A stretch of 64,000 bases of DNA from an uncultured candidate division Zixibacteria bacterium (GTDB lineage: Bacteria; Zixibacteria; MSB-5A5; GN15; PGXB01). The stretch lies in assembly GCA_963702205.1 (NCBI GenBank), contig OY969724.1:896001-960000 (forward strand), in the 5' to 3' direction. Under the pieces are notes generated by a model. That model made no database searches. It was not told where the DNA came from and worked only from the letters and a program-made list of their open reading frames with translations. The position numbers and the translations under genes were made by a program. Shown here in pieces: positions 49,965-60,926 of the stretch; position 1 is the stretch's first letter; each line of letters begins with the position of its first letter.

Positions 49965-49987
49965 TTATAAGTCGATAGGACTTATAA
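49965..49987. promoter_or_regulatory. Perfect 9-bp inverted repeat (operator or weak hairpin)
   Basis: ttataagtc-gatag-gacttataa. Confidence 0.4.
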
Positions 49988-50018
49988 TCTTATTAATATT
50001 GCCGGATCAGTTTTTCGG

Positions 50019-50510
50019 TTATGACAGGAAAATATGAAGACTCTTTTTTATATTCTCGATTACTGCGCCGACAGCTTTCTTGACTTCCGGAGTCATCTCA
50101 GTTTTTGGGCTAAAGTCCCGGCCCTCAATACAATAAACAATTAGCTCTTTCGGCAGCCTGCCCAGTGCCCGGCCCAATTCCACGGCCTTAGTTACGGCCG
50201 GGGTGTCGTGAGTGGTCGATTGAATTTGCAACTCCTCCGGCATGGGGGTAACTAACGGGCTGAAACTATGGATTGTTCCGGGAGGATATTCTGAAATTGC
50301 AGCATCGATAAAAATTGCCAGCTTCGCCCCATCCCACAATTCGATTATTTTGGCAATGTCCAGTGGCCCGGGAATCAGTTTTACCCGGGCTTTAGTCTTG
50401 AGTTGCAGGGCTTTTAGTCTGCGGATCACCTCGGGCCCGACGCCATCGTCACCCCGGAATTCATTGCCCTGACCAATGATAATCACCGATGCCGGAGGCG
50501 TTCCGATCAT
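50019..50510 (-). CDS. Hydrogenase maturation protease
   Basis: [24 protein letters not shown]. Confidence 0.92.
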   Translation of the reverse strand: MIGTPPASVIIIGQGNEFRGDDGVGPEVIRRLKALQLKTKARVKLIPGPLDIAKIIELWDGAKLAIFIDAAISEYPPGTIHSFSPLVTPMPEELQIQSTTHDTPAVTKAVELGRALGRLPKELIVYCIEGRDFSPKTEMTPEVKKAVGAVIENIKKSLHIFLS

Positions 50511-51796
50511 TCCCGGTCAATCCTTAGTTTCAGGAAATGGCAGGAACAGGAAATACACGGATCATAATTGCGGACGGTCTGTTCGCAGTGCCAGGTGAGC
50601 TCGTCATCGGGCAGATCGAGGTTTTGTTCGACAAACTGCTTCAGGTCTTTTTCGACCGCCTTCTGGTTTTGTGAGGTCGGCGGCATGATGCGCGCCTTCT
50701 TTATGATACCGTCGCCGTCGATCTCATACCGATGGTACAACAGCCCGCGCGGTGCTTCGCTCGCCCCGTGGCCGGTGCCCGCTTTCGGTGTGACTTCCAC
50801 ACAGGGACTTTCCGGCGGTTCATAATTTTTAATTATGCGTATCGCTTCGTGACACGCGAAAACCGTCTCTACCGCCCGGACAATGATGCTCTTGAACGGA
50901 TTGTTGCAGGACTTTCCCAGCCCGGCTTCTTTGGCAGCGTCGCGGGCAACCCTGGGCAGACGGCCATAGTTGTGGTGATAACGAGCCATCGGGCCGGTCA
51001 GGTAATCGTCGCGGGCGATGACTTTACCCTGCAACGAGGTCGAATGCTCGACGTGCACTTCTTCGACGTGCTTCAGGAAGTCTTTGGTTTCGACGTCGAA
51101 GCCTTTGTTGGATACGATATGCCCTTCACACAGGGGATATTCATCGGGGTGTTGCAGCGAGACGAATTCGTAATCGCGCTCCAGTTCCGGGAAGGGCAGC
51201 CCCGCCACCAGCTTGACCGTCTCCAGCGACATATCCTGAGCCCATTTGAGCGGTTCGAGCAGTACCTTGAGGTCTTTTTTGGACGGAACCTTATAGAACC
51301 CACCGACACGGACGTTAATCGGGTGGATCTCCCTCCCGCCCAGCACGACCATGATATCGTTGCCGATTTTTTTTAACTTTAAGGCATTATTTACCGCTTC
51401 GCCGTGGTCTTTGGCCATGGCGATGGCGTCTTCATATCCCAGAAAGTCCGGCAAGTGGAGCATATATATATGGAGCGCGTGCGATTCGATCCATTCTCCG
51501 CAGTACAACAATCTCCTCAGCTCGCGCAGTTGGCCATCGACTTTGACGCCGCAAATCTGTTCCATGGCGTGCACGGAGCTCATCTGGTACGCCACCGGGC
51601 AGATACCGCAGATACGAGCGGTTATGTCCGGTGCTTCGGTGAACCGGCGACCCTGCAGGAAAGCCTCGAAGAATCGCGGCGGTTCGAATATGTTGAACTG
51701 CACTTCGCTGACGGAACCGTTTTTGACTTTTACGTACAGTCCACCCTCACCCTCGACCCGCGCCAGGTAGTCTACTTTGATGGTTTTACTTTTCAT
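50507..51796 (-). CDS. hyhL: Group 3b [NiFe]-hydrogenase large subunit
   Basis: [33 protein letters not shown] plus cleavable tail; start moved to ATG 51796. Confidence 0.95.
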   Translation of the reverse strand: MKSKTIKVDYLARVEGEGGLYVKVKNGSVSEVQFNIFEPPRFFEAFLQGRRFTEAPDITARICGICPVAYQMSSVHAMEQICGVKVDGQLRELRRLLYCGEWIESHALHIYMLHLPDFLGYEDAIAMAKDHGEAVNNALKLKKIGNDIMVVLGGREIHPINVRVGGFYKVPSKKDLKVLLEPLKWAQDMSLETVKLVAGLPFPELERDYEFVSLQHPDEYPLCEGHIVSNKGFDVETKDFLKHVEEVHVEHSTSLQGKVIARDDYLTGPMARYHHNYGRLPRVARDAAKEAGLGKSCNNPFKSIIVRAVETVFACHEAIRIIKNYEPPESPCVEVTPKAGTGHGASEAPRGLLYHRYEIDGDGIIKKARIMPPTSQNQKAVEKDLKQFVEQNLDLPDDELTWHCEQTVRNYDPCISCSCHFLKLRIDRE

Positions 51797-52565
51797 GAGC
51801 TTCGCTCTCCTTACGGAACGGTTCGGCAAAGGCGTTGAATCCCCGGAACGACCGCACGATATCGTCGTCGGCCATGCCGGTCTGTTTGAACCAATCGGCC
51901 AGGGCGGCGGTATTGGGGACCTCTTTGGGACCGAAGCACCCATAGCAGCCACGGTTGTATGATGGGCATAAAGCGTTGCACCCGGCATGCGTCACCGGTC
52001 CGAGACAAGGCGTTCCATGGGCCACCATGACGCATATATTCCCGCGACGCTTGCACTCCATACAGACGCTGTGAGGCGGAGTGTTCGGCTTTCGGTTGTT
52101 GAGCAGCGCATTGACGACTTCGAGAAGCTGGTATTTATTGATCGGACAGCCGCGCAGTTCGAAATCGACGAAAACATGGTCGGCGATCGGGGTCGATTTG
52201 CCGAGCGTTACTATGTATTCCGGCGACGGATAAACCGTCGCGATATAATTCTTGACATCGGCGAAATTGCGCAGGGCCTGTATGCCTCCGGCGGTAGCGC
52301 AGGCACCGATGGTTATAAGTATTTTCGACTGGCGACGAATTTTATGGATGCGTTCGGCGTCGTGCGGGGTGGTGATGGAGCCTTCCACCAGCGAAACATC
52401 GTAGGGGCCCTTCATGATCGCGCGCGAGGCTTCGGGGAAATTGGCGATCTTCACCGCTCCGGCCACGGCCAGGAGTTCTTCTTCGCAATCCAGAAGCGAC
52501 AACTGGCAGCCGTCGCACGAAGCGAATTTCCACACGGCCAGAGTCGGTTTATTGGATTTTGCCAT
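51786..52565 (-). CDS. hyhS: Group 3b [NiFe]-hydrogenase small subunit
   Basis: SCDGC, GACA, GCP, VCMEC...CLGPVT..GC..CP...CYGC; start moved to ATG 52565. Confidence 0.93.
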   Translation of the reverse strand: MAKSNKPTLAVWKFASCDGCQLSLLDCEEELLAVAGAVKIANFPEASRAIMKGPYDVSLVEGSITTPHDAERIHKIRRQSKILITIGACATAGGIQALRNFADVKNYIATVYPSPEYIVTLGKSTPIADHVFVDFELRGCPINKYQLLEVVNALLNNRKPNTPPHSVCMECKRRGNICVMVAHGTPCLGPVTHAGCNALCPSYNRGCYGCFGPKEVPNTAALADWFKQTGMADDDIVRSFRGFNAFAEPFRKESEAHEK

Positions 52566-52567
52566 GG

Positions 52568-53425
52568 CTACATCTCCCTCCTGGTGAAGATGTCGCGTAT
52601 ATTGTCGTAGCGATAGACCGGCCCGTCTTTGCAGACAAAATGCCCGCCGAGCTGGCAGTGGCCGCACAGCCCGATACCGCATTTCATGTTGCGCTCCATC
52701 GAGACATACATGCTTTCATCGACAACGCCGCGTTTTTGCATTTCCATGATAGTGAAACGCATCATGATTTCCGGTCCGCAGATCATGGCAGTGCTGTGCG
52801 TCGGGTCGAACGGTGCCCGGCCGATGAGCTGGGTGACCACGCCGACGTTCCCCTGCCACGAACCGGTGGCGCGATCGACCGTAATCAATATATCGAGATC
52901 GAACCGACCCCGAAGCTTTTCCAGCTCTTTGACGTAAAGTATGTCCTGGGGGGTCCGAGCACCATACAGCAGGACGAGTTTGCCGTATTTGGCCCGGTTG
53001 GCCAGGACGTGATATATCACTGGGCGCAGCGGAGCCAGGCCGATACCGCCGGTGATCAGGACGATATCGTTGCCCTCGTGTCTTTCTATCGGCCAGTGAG
53101 TACCATAGGGGCCGCGTACGCCGATGGTATCGCCGGATTTGAGGCGGCGCATGGCGCGCGTGACGGTGCCGACCTCGCGGGTCGTGTGCACCAGTCGGTC
53201 GGATTTCGAGGGATCCCCGCTGATCGATATCGGGACTTCGCCGATACCGTACACATAGAGCATGTTGAACTGTCCGGGCAGGAAATTGAATTTGCCCCGG
53301 GGCGGCAACAACTCCAGCGAGAACGTATCCATGGTGTCTTTGGTCACCCGGTCTATCTTGAACGGGCACGACAAAATGGGTTCGACGAAATCGACCGTAG
53401 CCGTTTGTTTAGCTGTTTGTGCCAT
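52568..53425 (-). CDS. hyhG: Group 3b hydrogenase FAD/NAD(P)-binding gamma subunit
   Basis: [32 protein letters not shown]...CKDGP. Confidence 0.93.
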   Translation of the reverse strand: MAQTAKQTATVDFVEPILSCPFKIDRVTKDTMDTFSLELLPPRGKFNFLPGQFNMLYVYGIGEVPISISGDPSKSDRLVHTTREVGTVTRAMRRLKSGDTIGVRGPYGTHWPIERHEGNDIVLITGGIGLAPLRPVIYHVLANRAKYGKLVLLYGARTPQDILYVKELEKLRGRFDLDILITVDRATGSWQGNVGVVTQLIGRAPFDPTHSTAMICGPEIMMRFTIMEMQKRGVVDESMYVSMERNMKCGIGLCGHCQLGGHFVCKDGPVYRYDNIRDIFTRREM

Positions 53426-53870
53426 ATATGTCCATCAATTGTAAGCGGGTTGCTTCGAGCCTCTCGGCGATGATGAGCGCAAAACGCCTCATTATTTCAT
53501 AGCCGAGATCGTGATCGTTTTCGCACTTGCCTCGCAAGCATTTTCCGTCGAGGGCGATGGCGCGCGTCAGCTCGACCGCGCGGGCGTCGAAATGCCATCT
53601 GTACGGCGGAACCATCCAGCTCCAGCCGAGTATTTCCCCGGCTTCGCGGGAGCGGATGATGATCGTGCCTTTCTGCGGAATATGGGTTTCGATCAGAACT
53701 TTGCCGTGACGGATGAAATAAAACTTTTCGGCGGCTTCGCCTTCGCGAAAGATGAATTCGCCGGCTTTGAAGACAACATTGGAGGCACATCCGGCCAGAA
53801 GCTCCAGTTGAGCTTCGTTCATACCGTTCAGAAACGGATGTTCCGCCAGAACCGATTTGAGATTTTCCAT
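53409..53870 (-). CDS. Stand-alone cyclic-nucleotide-binding domain protein
   Basis: [26 protein letters not shown]; no HTH. Confidence 0.9.
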   Translation of the reverse strand: MENLKSVLAEHPFLNGMNEAQLELLAGCASNVVFKAGEFIFREGEAAEKFYFIRHGKVLIETHIPQKGTIIIRSREAGEILGWSWMVPPYRWHFDARAVELTRAIALDGKCLRGKCENDHDLGYEIMRRFALIIAERLEATRLQLMDIYGTNS

Positions 53871-53897
53871 AACTTTATCTCCGTAATTTTCGTGACT

Positions 53898-55019
53898 CTA
53901 TGACGTCTCCTGCCCGGCGATTTGCCTGGCCGTGGCAGTTATATCTATTCCTACCGGGCACCACGTGATGCACCGGCCGCAGCCGACACACCCGGACATT
54001 CCGAACTGGTCCACCCAGTACGCCAGCTTGTGCATGACCCACTGGCGGTAGCGCGACATGCCGGTATTGCGGATGCTGCCGCCGTGGATGTAAGAAAAAT
54101 CGACCATATGGCAACTGTCCCAGAGGCGGAGGCGTTCGGCTTCGGAACCGTCGAGCGCCGTGTAGTCCTGCATGGTGGAACAAAAGCAGGTTGGACACAC
54201 CAGAGTGCAATTGCCGCAGGCCAGACAGCGCGAGGCAATTTCTTCCCAGTCGGGATTGTCGAAATTCTTTTCGAGAACGGTTTTGAGATTGGCAAGATCG
54301 AGTTTGGATACCATCGATGAAGCGGCATCGGAAAGTTTCATATCGGCGAGCTTGACCGAATCGCCATCGGCCTTTTCAAGCTTCAATCCGTTTATGACTT
54401 CAAGACCTGCGGGACTCCCGGCCTCGATTATGAAAAAGTGATTTTTGCCGTCCATTACTTCTGTTAAAGCCAGATCGTAACCACCGTCGGTCCTGGGACC
54501 GGTGTTCATCGAAGTACAAAAGCAGTTGGCGCCGGGATTAGTGCAGTTGACGGCGACGATAAACAGTTTTTTTCTCCGCGCCATATATCCGGAATCTTTG
54601 ATTTCTCCTTCGGTGAAAATTTTGTCCTGTATCGCCAGAGCCTTCAACTCACACGGTCGCATACCGAAGGCGACGATTTTTTTCGCTTCTTCGTCTGACG
54701 GTTCCACGATGAATCCGGTTTTTTTGCGGGTTGCCGTCAGTAGCTTTTGTCGCGACGGGTACAGGTACCTTTTCCACGATTCCTGCCCGACAACGTACGA
54801 GAAGTACGTACCATCGTTGCGTTTTTCGAGACGATAGCTTCCCGGTGCCTGGCGGTCGTACCATCCGACCGGAATATCATCGGGGGTGTCGATAGTCTCG
54901 AGTACAATGGCTCGGTCACGAACAGTCGGACCGGTAATTTTAGAACCTTTTTTCTTCAATAATTGAAAAAGGGCGGCCAGATTTTCGGGCCTTAAAAGAT
55001 GCGGGTCAGAATGCTCCAC
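53898..55019 (-). CDS. hyhB: Group 3b hydrogenase 4Fe-4S beta subunit (AsrA-like)
   Basis: RPCE, CFC, CLACGNCTLVCPTCFC, CVGCGRCITWCP; GTG 55019 with GGAG RBS. Confidence 0.93.
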   Translation of the reverse strand: MEHSDPHLLRPENLAALFQLLKKKGSKITGPTVRDRAIVLETIDTPDDIPVGWYDRQAPGSYRLEKRNDGTYFSYVVGQESWKRYLYPSRQKLLTATRKKTGFIVEPSDEEAKKIVAFGMRPCELKALAIQDKIFTEGEIKDSGYMARRKKLFIVAVNCTNPGANCFCTSMNTGPRTDGGYDLALTEVMDGKNHFFIIEAGSPAGLEVINGLKLEKADGDSVKLADMKLSDAASSMVSKLDLANLKTVLEKNFDNPDWEEIASRCLACGNCTLVCPTCFCSTMQDYTALDGSEAERLRLWDSCHMVDFSYIHGGSIRNTGMSRYRQWVMHKLAYWVDQFGMSGCVGCGRCITWCPVGIDITATARQIAGQETS

Positions 55020-55241
55020 AGCTCCTCTCCTTGTGACAAGATTCACAAGCTATCGGTCCAAATTTAATCAGCTGTTTTAATATTGTCAAGAGAAATCGAA
55101 CAAATGCGTCGGCTTTTCGGATATATAAGGTATTATATTATATATATTTATGCCGTTCATGCAGTTGCAAAGAGGCCTGTGGTGCAGGCCTCCTGTCGTT
55201 TTTTTACTAAATCGATGGCAGGATGATGATATATACATTCA

Positions 55242-56090
55242 TCACTGCATGTTTCTTAGCAGTTCTTCGGAATGGCCGATCTCCACCATGGCGCCCCGGA
55301 GGCATTTTTCCAATTGCTCCCAGGTAAGGTCCAGCTTTTGCCAGGCTTCCGTATGAAACTCGGTTACATAATTACTGTAATTGCTTCCGATCTGCATGGC
55401 ATGGCACAACATATTGGCGATGTTGACGGTAGCGACCAGCATCGGATATTTTTCCGCCGTTTCCGGTACATGGTGTTTCGTTATAACTTCAATGACGTTT
55501 TCGGGGAAATTCCATTTTTGAGCCAACAGCCGACCGACTTCCTGATGATCGATGCCGAAATGTTCTTTTTCGTCCTCGATGCTGCACACTGCCTGACGTT
55601 CGAAATAAAACCAGCCGAACATTTTCGGGTCGGCCTTGACATATAGCAGGCGGCCGATATCGTGCAGGATACCGCAGATAAACGCCTCGTTTTGATAGTC
55701 CTGCGATTTGCGAAACAGCAGATTCTTGGCGATGGCGCCGACACCAAACGAGTGTTTCCAGAAATCGTCAATATTGACCGCACCGGTGCCGGTCTTAAAA
55801 ACGTCGAGGATGGACGTTGTCAATAATAGCTGGTGCACCGAGTTGAATCCGAGGATTGTTATGGCATCACTGACCGATGAGACCCGTCGCGCGACGCCGT
55901 AGAACGGTGAATTGACCAGCCGCAGGACTTTGGCCGTGAAGGCCGGGTCGGTTTCGATAATCTGCGAAACCTCCTTGATACCCGGATCCTGCTCGCTGAT
56001 GATCCTGTGGAGCCTTTGAATTACTATCGGGGGAGAGGGTAATTCAGACAAATTTTCCGTTACTGATTTTTGACTGAGCATTTGTATCAT
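55242..56090 (-). CDS. HDOD domain protein
   Basis: LPSPP, DPAFTAKVLRLVNS, FWKHS, LHDIG, HQEVG...WNFP, HH. Confidence 0.93.
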   Translation of the reverse strand: MIQMLSQKSVTENLSELPSPPIVIQRLHRIISEQDPGIKEVSQIIETDPAFTAKVLRLVNSPFYGVARRVSSVSDAITILGFNSVHQLLLTTSILDVFKTGTGAVNIDDFWKHSFGVGAIAKNLLFRKSQDYQNEAFICGILHDIGRLLYVKADPKMFGWFYFERQAVCSIEDEKEHFGIDHQEVGRLLAQKWNFPENVIEVITKHHVPETAEKYPMLVATVNIANMLCHAMQIGSNYSNYVTEFHTEAWQKLDLTWEQLEKCLRGAMVEIGHSEELLRNMQ

Positions 56091-56260
56091 CCCCCTGGAA
56101 GTTGTTCCTTGATATCGTATTTTTCGTGATGGAGCCTTTTTATAATGTCGGCTATCTGCTCCATTTCTTCGTAGTGCATCACCATCGACAGGCAGCGATC
56201 AACTCTTTCATCGAAGTTGTCGGGCTTACCGCCGGACGGTCGATTGTTGGCTGGTTTCAT
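56087..56260 (-). CDS. Small hypothetical protein, 57 aa, below the ORF-track cutoff
   Basis: GGAGG RBS; MKPANNRPSGGKPDNFDERVDRCLSMVMHYEEMEQIADIIKRLHHEKYDIKEQLPGG*; ATGA overlap with the HDOD start. Confidence 0.65.
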   Translation of the reverse strand: MKPANNRPSGGKPDNFDERVDRCLSMVMHYEEMEQIADIIKRLHHEKYDIKEQLPGG

Positions 56261-56271
56261 TTCCTCCCCCT

Positions 56272-56775
56272 TTATTCGATAATCCAGGCACCGTCGCGGT
56301 CAACGTTACGACTGGAGATACCGGGATATTCTTTTTCAAGTTGTTTAAGCTGATCCTGTTGACTTTTTATGGTCGAGCGCAGCTTGTCATTTTCTTTTTC
56401 GAGGGCTTTTTGAGCCAGAGCGTGCCGCACGGCCACGGTCAGCTCGAAATCATCCCAGGGCTTGTTGAAAAAGCGATAAATCTGTCCGCTGTTGATAGCT
56501 TGTTTGGCCACCTCGATATCGGTGCATCCGGTCAGCATGATGCGAATGACTTCGGGGTACAGCGTCCTGACCGTATGAAGCAGCTCATTGCCGGATATAC
56601 CGGGCATGTTCTGATCGGAAATGATAATGTCGACGTCGTTGTTTTCGAGAACGTCGACGGCTTCTTTTGCGGATTCAGCCGTGAAAATCTCATAGCCTTC
56701 GGACCGGAAAACCCGCACCAAAGCCTTGAGGATGCTTGGTGAATCATCGACCAGCAGTATTTTAAATCGGGACAT
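56272..56775 (-). CDS. Response regulator (receiver plus coiled coil)
   Basis: LLVDD, ISDQNMP, KPW; start moved to ATG 56775. Confidence 0.9.
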   Translation of the reverse strand: MSRFKILLVDDSPSILKALVRVFRSEGYEIFTAESAKEAVDVLENNDVDIIISDQNMPGISGNELLHTVRTLYPEVIRIMLTGCTDIEVAKQAINSGQIYRFFNKPWDDFELTVAVRHALAQKALEKENDKLRSTIKSQQDQLKQLEKEYPGISSRNVDRDGAWIIE

Positions 56776-58081
56776 GTTGCACTCTCTTTTCATCGGATTC
56801 TTTGAAAACCTTTATCTTACCCTCTATAGGATCGACTTTGCTTATCTTGATCAAGCGGTTAATCATGTGTGGTGAGAGACGGGCTCCTTTCGGCAACAGG
56901 AACATGCCGCTTTCGGTATATATATCCGACGCCAGAATCATGCCTTTCTGCAGGGCCGTTGGCAAAACCGCGATAAGGTCGGCACTGGTTTTCTGCAGCA
57001 TGAATATTTTTATTATATCCCGTTCGACAAAGCGTTTGACCAGTTCCGGGTCGAATTTCGAGCCGGAATGCTGAACGAGATGCGCCAGGGCCGAATTAAG
57101 AATCTTGTTATCCGGATGTGCTCCCCGAAACGCCAGGTGATCGAAAGCATCGGCAATTCTTATCAGTCGGGCTCCCAGAGGAATGGCCTCGCCTTCCAGA
57201 TTATCGGGATAGCCGTTGCCGTTGTATTCTTCGTGATGGTGGCGGATGATCGCGGCGGAGTCTTCGAGACCCCGAATGGAAAAAACGCAGGTTTGTCCAA
57301 GAATGGGGTGCCGGGCGATCTGCTCGAAATCCGCCTTCGTATAGTCACGCTCGTTGCGTTCCAGAATGTGATCGGGCAGACTGACCTTGCCGATGTCGTG
57401 CAGGAAGGCGGCGAAAATAATGTCCTGATATTTCTTTCCGGAAAGCCCGGTATCACGAATCATCTCTTTGACGATCAGCGCGACCCGCTCGGAATGGTTG
57501 CCGACGTCTTTACGGCGGAGCTCTATGATCGTCGAAAGGGCTTTGATCGTATCTTTGAAGCTGTTTCTAAGTTCGTTGTTCTGAATGCGGATTTCTTCGG
57601 TCTGCTCGGCGACTTTCTGTTCCAGAGAGCCGTTTAGCTGTTTGAGTTCTTTGTTTTGACGGTTGGTCAGGTCCGTCAGCCGACGGTTCTCCAGGACCAT
57701 CTCATACATATCCAGCGATTCTCTGATTCGGCTCAGCAGAATTTCGTCGTCCCACGGTTTATTTATGTAATATTTGACGGCCCCGTTGTTGATGGCATCG
57801 ATGGTCGCGTCGATATCGGCGTAACCGGTCAGCAATATCCTCGTGCTGTCGGGCGAGAGCTGCCTTGTCTTTTGAAGAAATTGCACCCCGGTCATCCCGG
57901 GCATTCTCTGGTCGGATATGATGATCGAGACTTTATTGCCCTGCAGCAGCTTCAATCCCTCCTGGCCGCTTTGCGCCTGCAGGATGTTTATATCGAGCGT
58001 CCGCAACTGGCGCCGGAGAGATTTGAGGATGCCTTCTTCGTCGTCGACGGTCATTATGGTATGTTTGTATTTCGGTGACAT
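56762..58081 (-). CDS. Response regulator with HD-GYP domain
   Basis: Receiver (SDQRMP, KPW); HSERVA, LHDIGK, HHEEYNGNGYP, IADAFD. Confidence 0.92.
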   Translation of the reverse strand: MSPKYKHTIMTVDDEEGILKSLRRQLRTLDINILQAQSGQEGLKLLQGNKVSIIISDQRMPGMTGVQFLQKTRQLSPDSTRILLTGYADIDATIDAINNGAVKYYINKPWDDEILLSRIRESLDMYEMVLENRRLTDLTNRQNKELKQLNGSLEQKVAEQTEEIRIQNNELRNSFKDTIKALSTIIELRRKDVGNHSERVALIVKEMIRDTGLSGKKYQDIIFAAFLHDIGKVSLPDHILERNERDYTKADFEQIARHPILGQTCVFSIRGLEDSAAIIRHHHEEYNGNGYPDNLEGEAIPLGARLIRIADAFDHLAFRGAHPDNKILNSALAHLVQHSGSKFDPELVKRFVERDIIKIFMLQKTSADLIAVLPTALQKGMILASDIYTESGMFLLPKGARLSPHMINRLIKISKVDPIEGKIKVFKESDEKRVQHVPI

Positions 58082-58083
58082 TA

Positions 58084-58509
58084 TTATCCGTTTCCCTGTA
58101 TTTTGAACTGGCCGACCGAGTTGCGATACTGATGTTTGGCCAGAAAATTCGATATTGTGTCGTGCAGGATTTCATCTTCCCACGGTTTAACGAAATACTT
58201 CGAAATCCCGGCCCATTTGATAGCCATCATGGCCACGTCGATTTCAGAACACCCGGTGATGAGGATTCGGGTGCTGTCGGGGCAAATTTCCGAAGCCGCT
58301 TTCAGGAATTCGATGCCGGACATGCGCGGCATTTTCTGATCGGATATAATAATCGAGACCGGCCGCTGCTTGAGTATCTTAAGCGCCTGGCGTCCGTCGG
58401 GAGCCGTCAGGACTATGGCCGGAAGGTCCGACAACAGGCGTTTCAGCGCCGCCAGGACGTGATGATCGTCATCGACGATCAGGATGGTCGGATAACCTTT
58501 ATTGGTCAT
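58084..58509 (-). CDS. Single-domain response regulator
   Basis: LIVDDD, SDQKMP, KPW; start moved to ATG 58509. Confidence 0.88.
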   Translation of the reverse strand: MTNKGYPTILIVDDDHHVLAALKRLLSDLPAIVLTAPDGRQALKILKQRPVSIIISDQKMPRMSGIEFLKAASEICPDSTRILITGCSEIDVAMMAIKWAGISKYFVKPWEDEILHDTISNFLAKHQYRNSVGQFKIQGNG

Positions 58510-59362
58510 TAGCCGTCTCCGCATTGGCTGTTTGAGTCATATTTGAATTGGCGCCGTCTATATTGTGAGAATCAATGAATAGCCCGATCACTCCGACGTT
58601 TCCCGGCAGAGGAGCGCATATAACAAGGCTGTGCGCGGGTTCAGATATCCTTATATGACGGATCTCCTGAGCCTGCATCGCCTGTTGCATGGTTTCATAT
58701 ACTTCGTCGTCGATATTTCCCTGCGCGCTGGTTCCCAGAAGCAGGCTGCCGACCGAGATGCATCGCCGCAGGGCTTCGTTCATGTAAACCACCATGCCGG
58801 ATGAATCCACGCCGATCACCCCGGCCGGGAGATAATTGAGAATATTTTGGGCCACGGCCAGCGCCCGGTTCTTTATTTCGAGGTCGCGGGTGCGTTCCGT
58901 GACTTTGTCTTCGAGTGTTTTGGTAAGCTCCTGCAATTCTTTGTATTTTTCCGACAGTTCAGCGTAGAGCTTGGCATTTTCTTTTTGAAGGCGGTAGCGC
59001 TCGAACGAATCTTTGATCGTCGTAATCAGAAACTGGTCGTCCCACGGTTTGGGGATAAATTTATAAACCTGGCCCTGGTTGATGGCTTCCATCATGGCTC
59101 CGGCATCGGCATAGCCGCTTAATATGATGCGAACCGTGTCCGGGGAAATTTCCTTGACCTTGTTAAGAAATTCGACGCCATCCATCTCCGGCATGCGGTA
59201 ATCCGAGATGACCAGTTGTATTTCCCGGTTTTCGAATTTCTCGAGTGCTTCGGAACCGGTTTCGGCCGTTATGACTTTGCAGTCCAGGTCTATCAAAAGT
59301 CTTTTCAACGACTTGAGGACGTTGGTTTCGTCGTCAACCAGGAGGAGAGTATAATCACTCAT
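58499..59362 (-). CDS. Response regulator with coiled coil and PAS-like C-terminus
   Basis: LLVDDE, SDYRMP, KPW; LEDKVTERT; LPAGVIGVD. Confidence 0.88.
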   Translation of the reverse strand: MSDYTLLLVDDETNVLKSLKRLLIDLDCKVITAETGSEALEKFENREIQLVISDYRMPEMDGVEFLNKVKEISPDTVRIILSGYADAGAMMEAINQGQVYKFIPKPWDDQFLITTIKDSFERYRLQKENAKLYAELSEKYKELQELTKTLEDKVTERTRDLEIKNRALAVAQNILNYLPAGVIGVDSSGMVVYMNEALRRCISVGSLLLGTSAQGNIDDEVYETMQQAMQAQEIRHIRISEPAHSLVICAPLPGNVGVIGLFIDSHNIDGANSNMTQTANAETANDQ

Positions 59363-60719
59363 CGGTAATACCCCCCAGAGGCAGTGTAATTATGAACTCC
59401 GTCCCGACTCCGACCTTGCTTTTGACGTCGATATGCCCGTTGTGCTTTTTTATTATATCATAAGTCAGCGACAGGCCCAGGCCGGTGCCTTTGCCGACTT
59501 CTTTGGTCGTAAAGAACGGCTCGAATATTTTTTTGACTTTGTTTTCCGGAATGCCGCAACCGTTGTCTTTGATGGAAATAAAAACATGCCTGGGGTCGGC
59601 CCAGGTCTTGATCTTAATTAACCCTTTTTCGCCCTGTATGGCGTGGGCGGCGTTGACCAGGATGTTCATAAAGACCTGGTTGAGCTGGTTGGGAATACAG
59701 AATATTTCGGGTATATCACCCAGGTCCTTTGCCACCTCGGCTTTGTATTTTAATTCGTTCCAGACTACGTTGAGAGTGCTTTTGATACCTTCGTTGATAT
59801 CCGAAAATTCCTTTTCGGCCCGGTCCACGCGGGAGAAACTCTTGAGATCGGTGACAATACTCTTGACCCGGTTTGTGCCCTCGATTGATTCTTCGGCGGC
59901 GTCGGCGAAGTCATCCATCATCTCTTTTAAGCTTTCGAATTCGTCGGCGTCATCGACCGGCAGACCCTCTATGTATTTGCGCATTTTGGCCAGGTACTTT
60001 TGCATCGTGTTAAGGTTCGATTTGATATATCCGATCGGATTGTTGATCTCGTGGGCCACGCCGGCCGCGAGCGTTCCAATCGCCGCCAGTTTGTCGGACT
60101 GAAGCAGCTGTTCTTTGCTTCGGTGTTGCTCGGTGATGTCCTGGGCGAAGCTTACGAGCCCGGCTATCCTGCCGTTGGCGTCCTTGATCGGGACTTTGCT
60201 GATCGACATCCATTTCTGTTCATCGCTGGCGTCCGTGATCATTTCTTCATGGTTGAGCAGGGACTTGCCGTCATTAAGGCAGGCCGGATCGGCTTTGGTG
60301 GTGACCTTCGCGGGAGATTCCTCGTTGTTGATTTCACTGTCGGTTCGGCCGATGATATCGCCCCGGCTGAGGCCGATCTGGTGGCAGAAAGCGTCGTTCA
60401 CCATCACGTATCTCGCCTCGGCATCCTTGAGGTACATAGCGGCCGGGACGGCGTTGATCATGGCATTGCTTTCGAGAACGGTCCGGGTAAGGGCGTTTTG
60501 GGCTTCTTGTCTTTCGGCCAGGGCCGCCTCTAATTTCTTTTTTGACTCTATCAGCATCGCGATGAGCTTCTCGCGGGCGGCTTTGAATTCAACATCATCT
60601 ATTTTGACGACGTTTGTTTCGACAGATAAAGAGGAATGATCTTCGTCGCCGACGACTGCTTCCCGGTTGGAGTCCATAGCGGCATTAAAGGCGGGAATAT
60701 CCAGATGATCTCTATTCAT
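59355..60719 (-). CDS. PAS-domain sensor histidine kinase (NtrB-like)
   Basis: [45 protein letters not shown]. Confidence 0.94.
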   Translation of the reverse strand: MNRDHLDIPAFNAAMDSNREAVVGDEDHSSLSVETNVVKIDDVEFKAAREKLIAMLIESKKKLEAALAERQEAQNALTRTVLESNAMINAVPAAMYLKDAEARYVMVNDAFCHQIGLSRGDIIGRTDSEINNEESPAKVTTKADPACLNDGKSLLNHEEMITDASDEQKWMSISKVPIKDANGRIAGLVSFAQDITEQHRSKEQLLQSDKLAAIGTLAAGVAHEINNPIGYIKSNLNTMQKYLAKMRKYIEGLPVDDADEFESLKEMMDDFADAAEESIEGTNRVKSIVTDLKSFSRVDRAEKEFSDINEGIKSTLNVVWNELKYKAEVAKDLGDIPEIFCIPNQLNQVFMNILVNAAHAIQGEKGLIKIKTWADPRHVFISIKDNGCGIPENKVKKIFEPFFTTKEVGKGTGLGLSLTYDIIKKHNGHIDVKSKVGVGTEFIITLPLGGITDE

Positions 60720-60926
60720 AGTAAAGCCCCTTAAGTTTAATCCTGACGTCAGCCCCTTGTCATTTTACCGGACGAATGTCGGATTCCCATTATCCTTCCA
60801 CGTTATTATTTTTTCGGCATTTCCATCTTCGGCCAAAGGGTGAATAAAGGGTGACAGCATCTGCCAGCCGTCTTCATACAGAAATATATTCTATAAAGTG
60901 CCGGTATTCATTCCCCATCGGATCGC

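Noticed and set aside
50507..51796. [NiFeSe] hydrogenase or selenocysteine recoding
   Set aside because: The C-terminal motif is DPCISC with ordinary Cys codons and no in-frame TGA.
55172..55206. Hairpin gaggcctg/caggcctc as terminator of the minus-strand signalling operon
   Set aside because: The T tract is on the plus strand and 6 nt from the stem, and there is no plus-strand gene upstream; function cannot be assigned.
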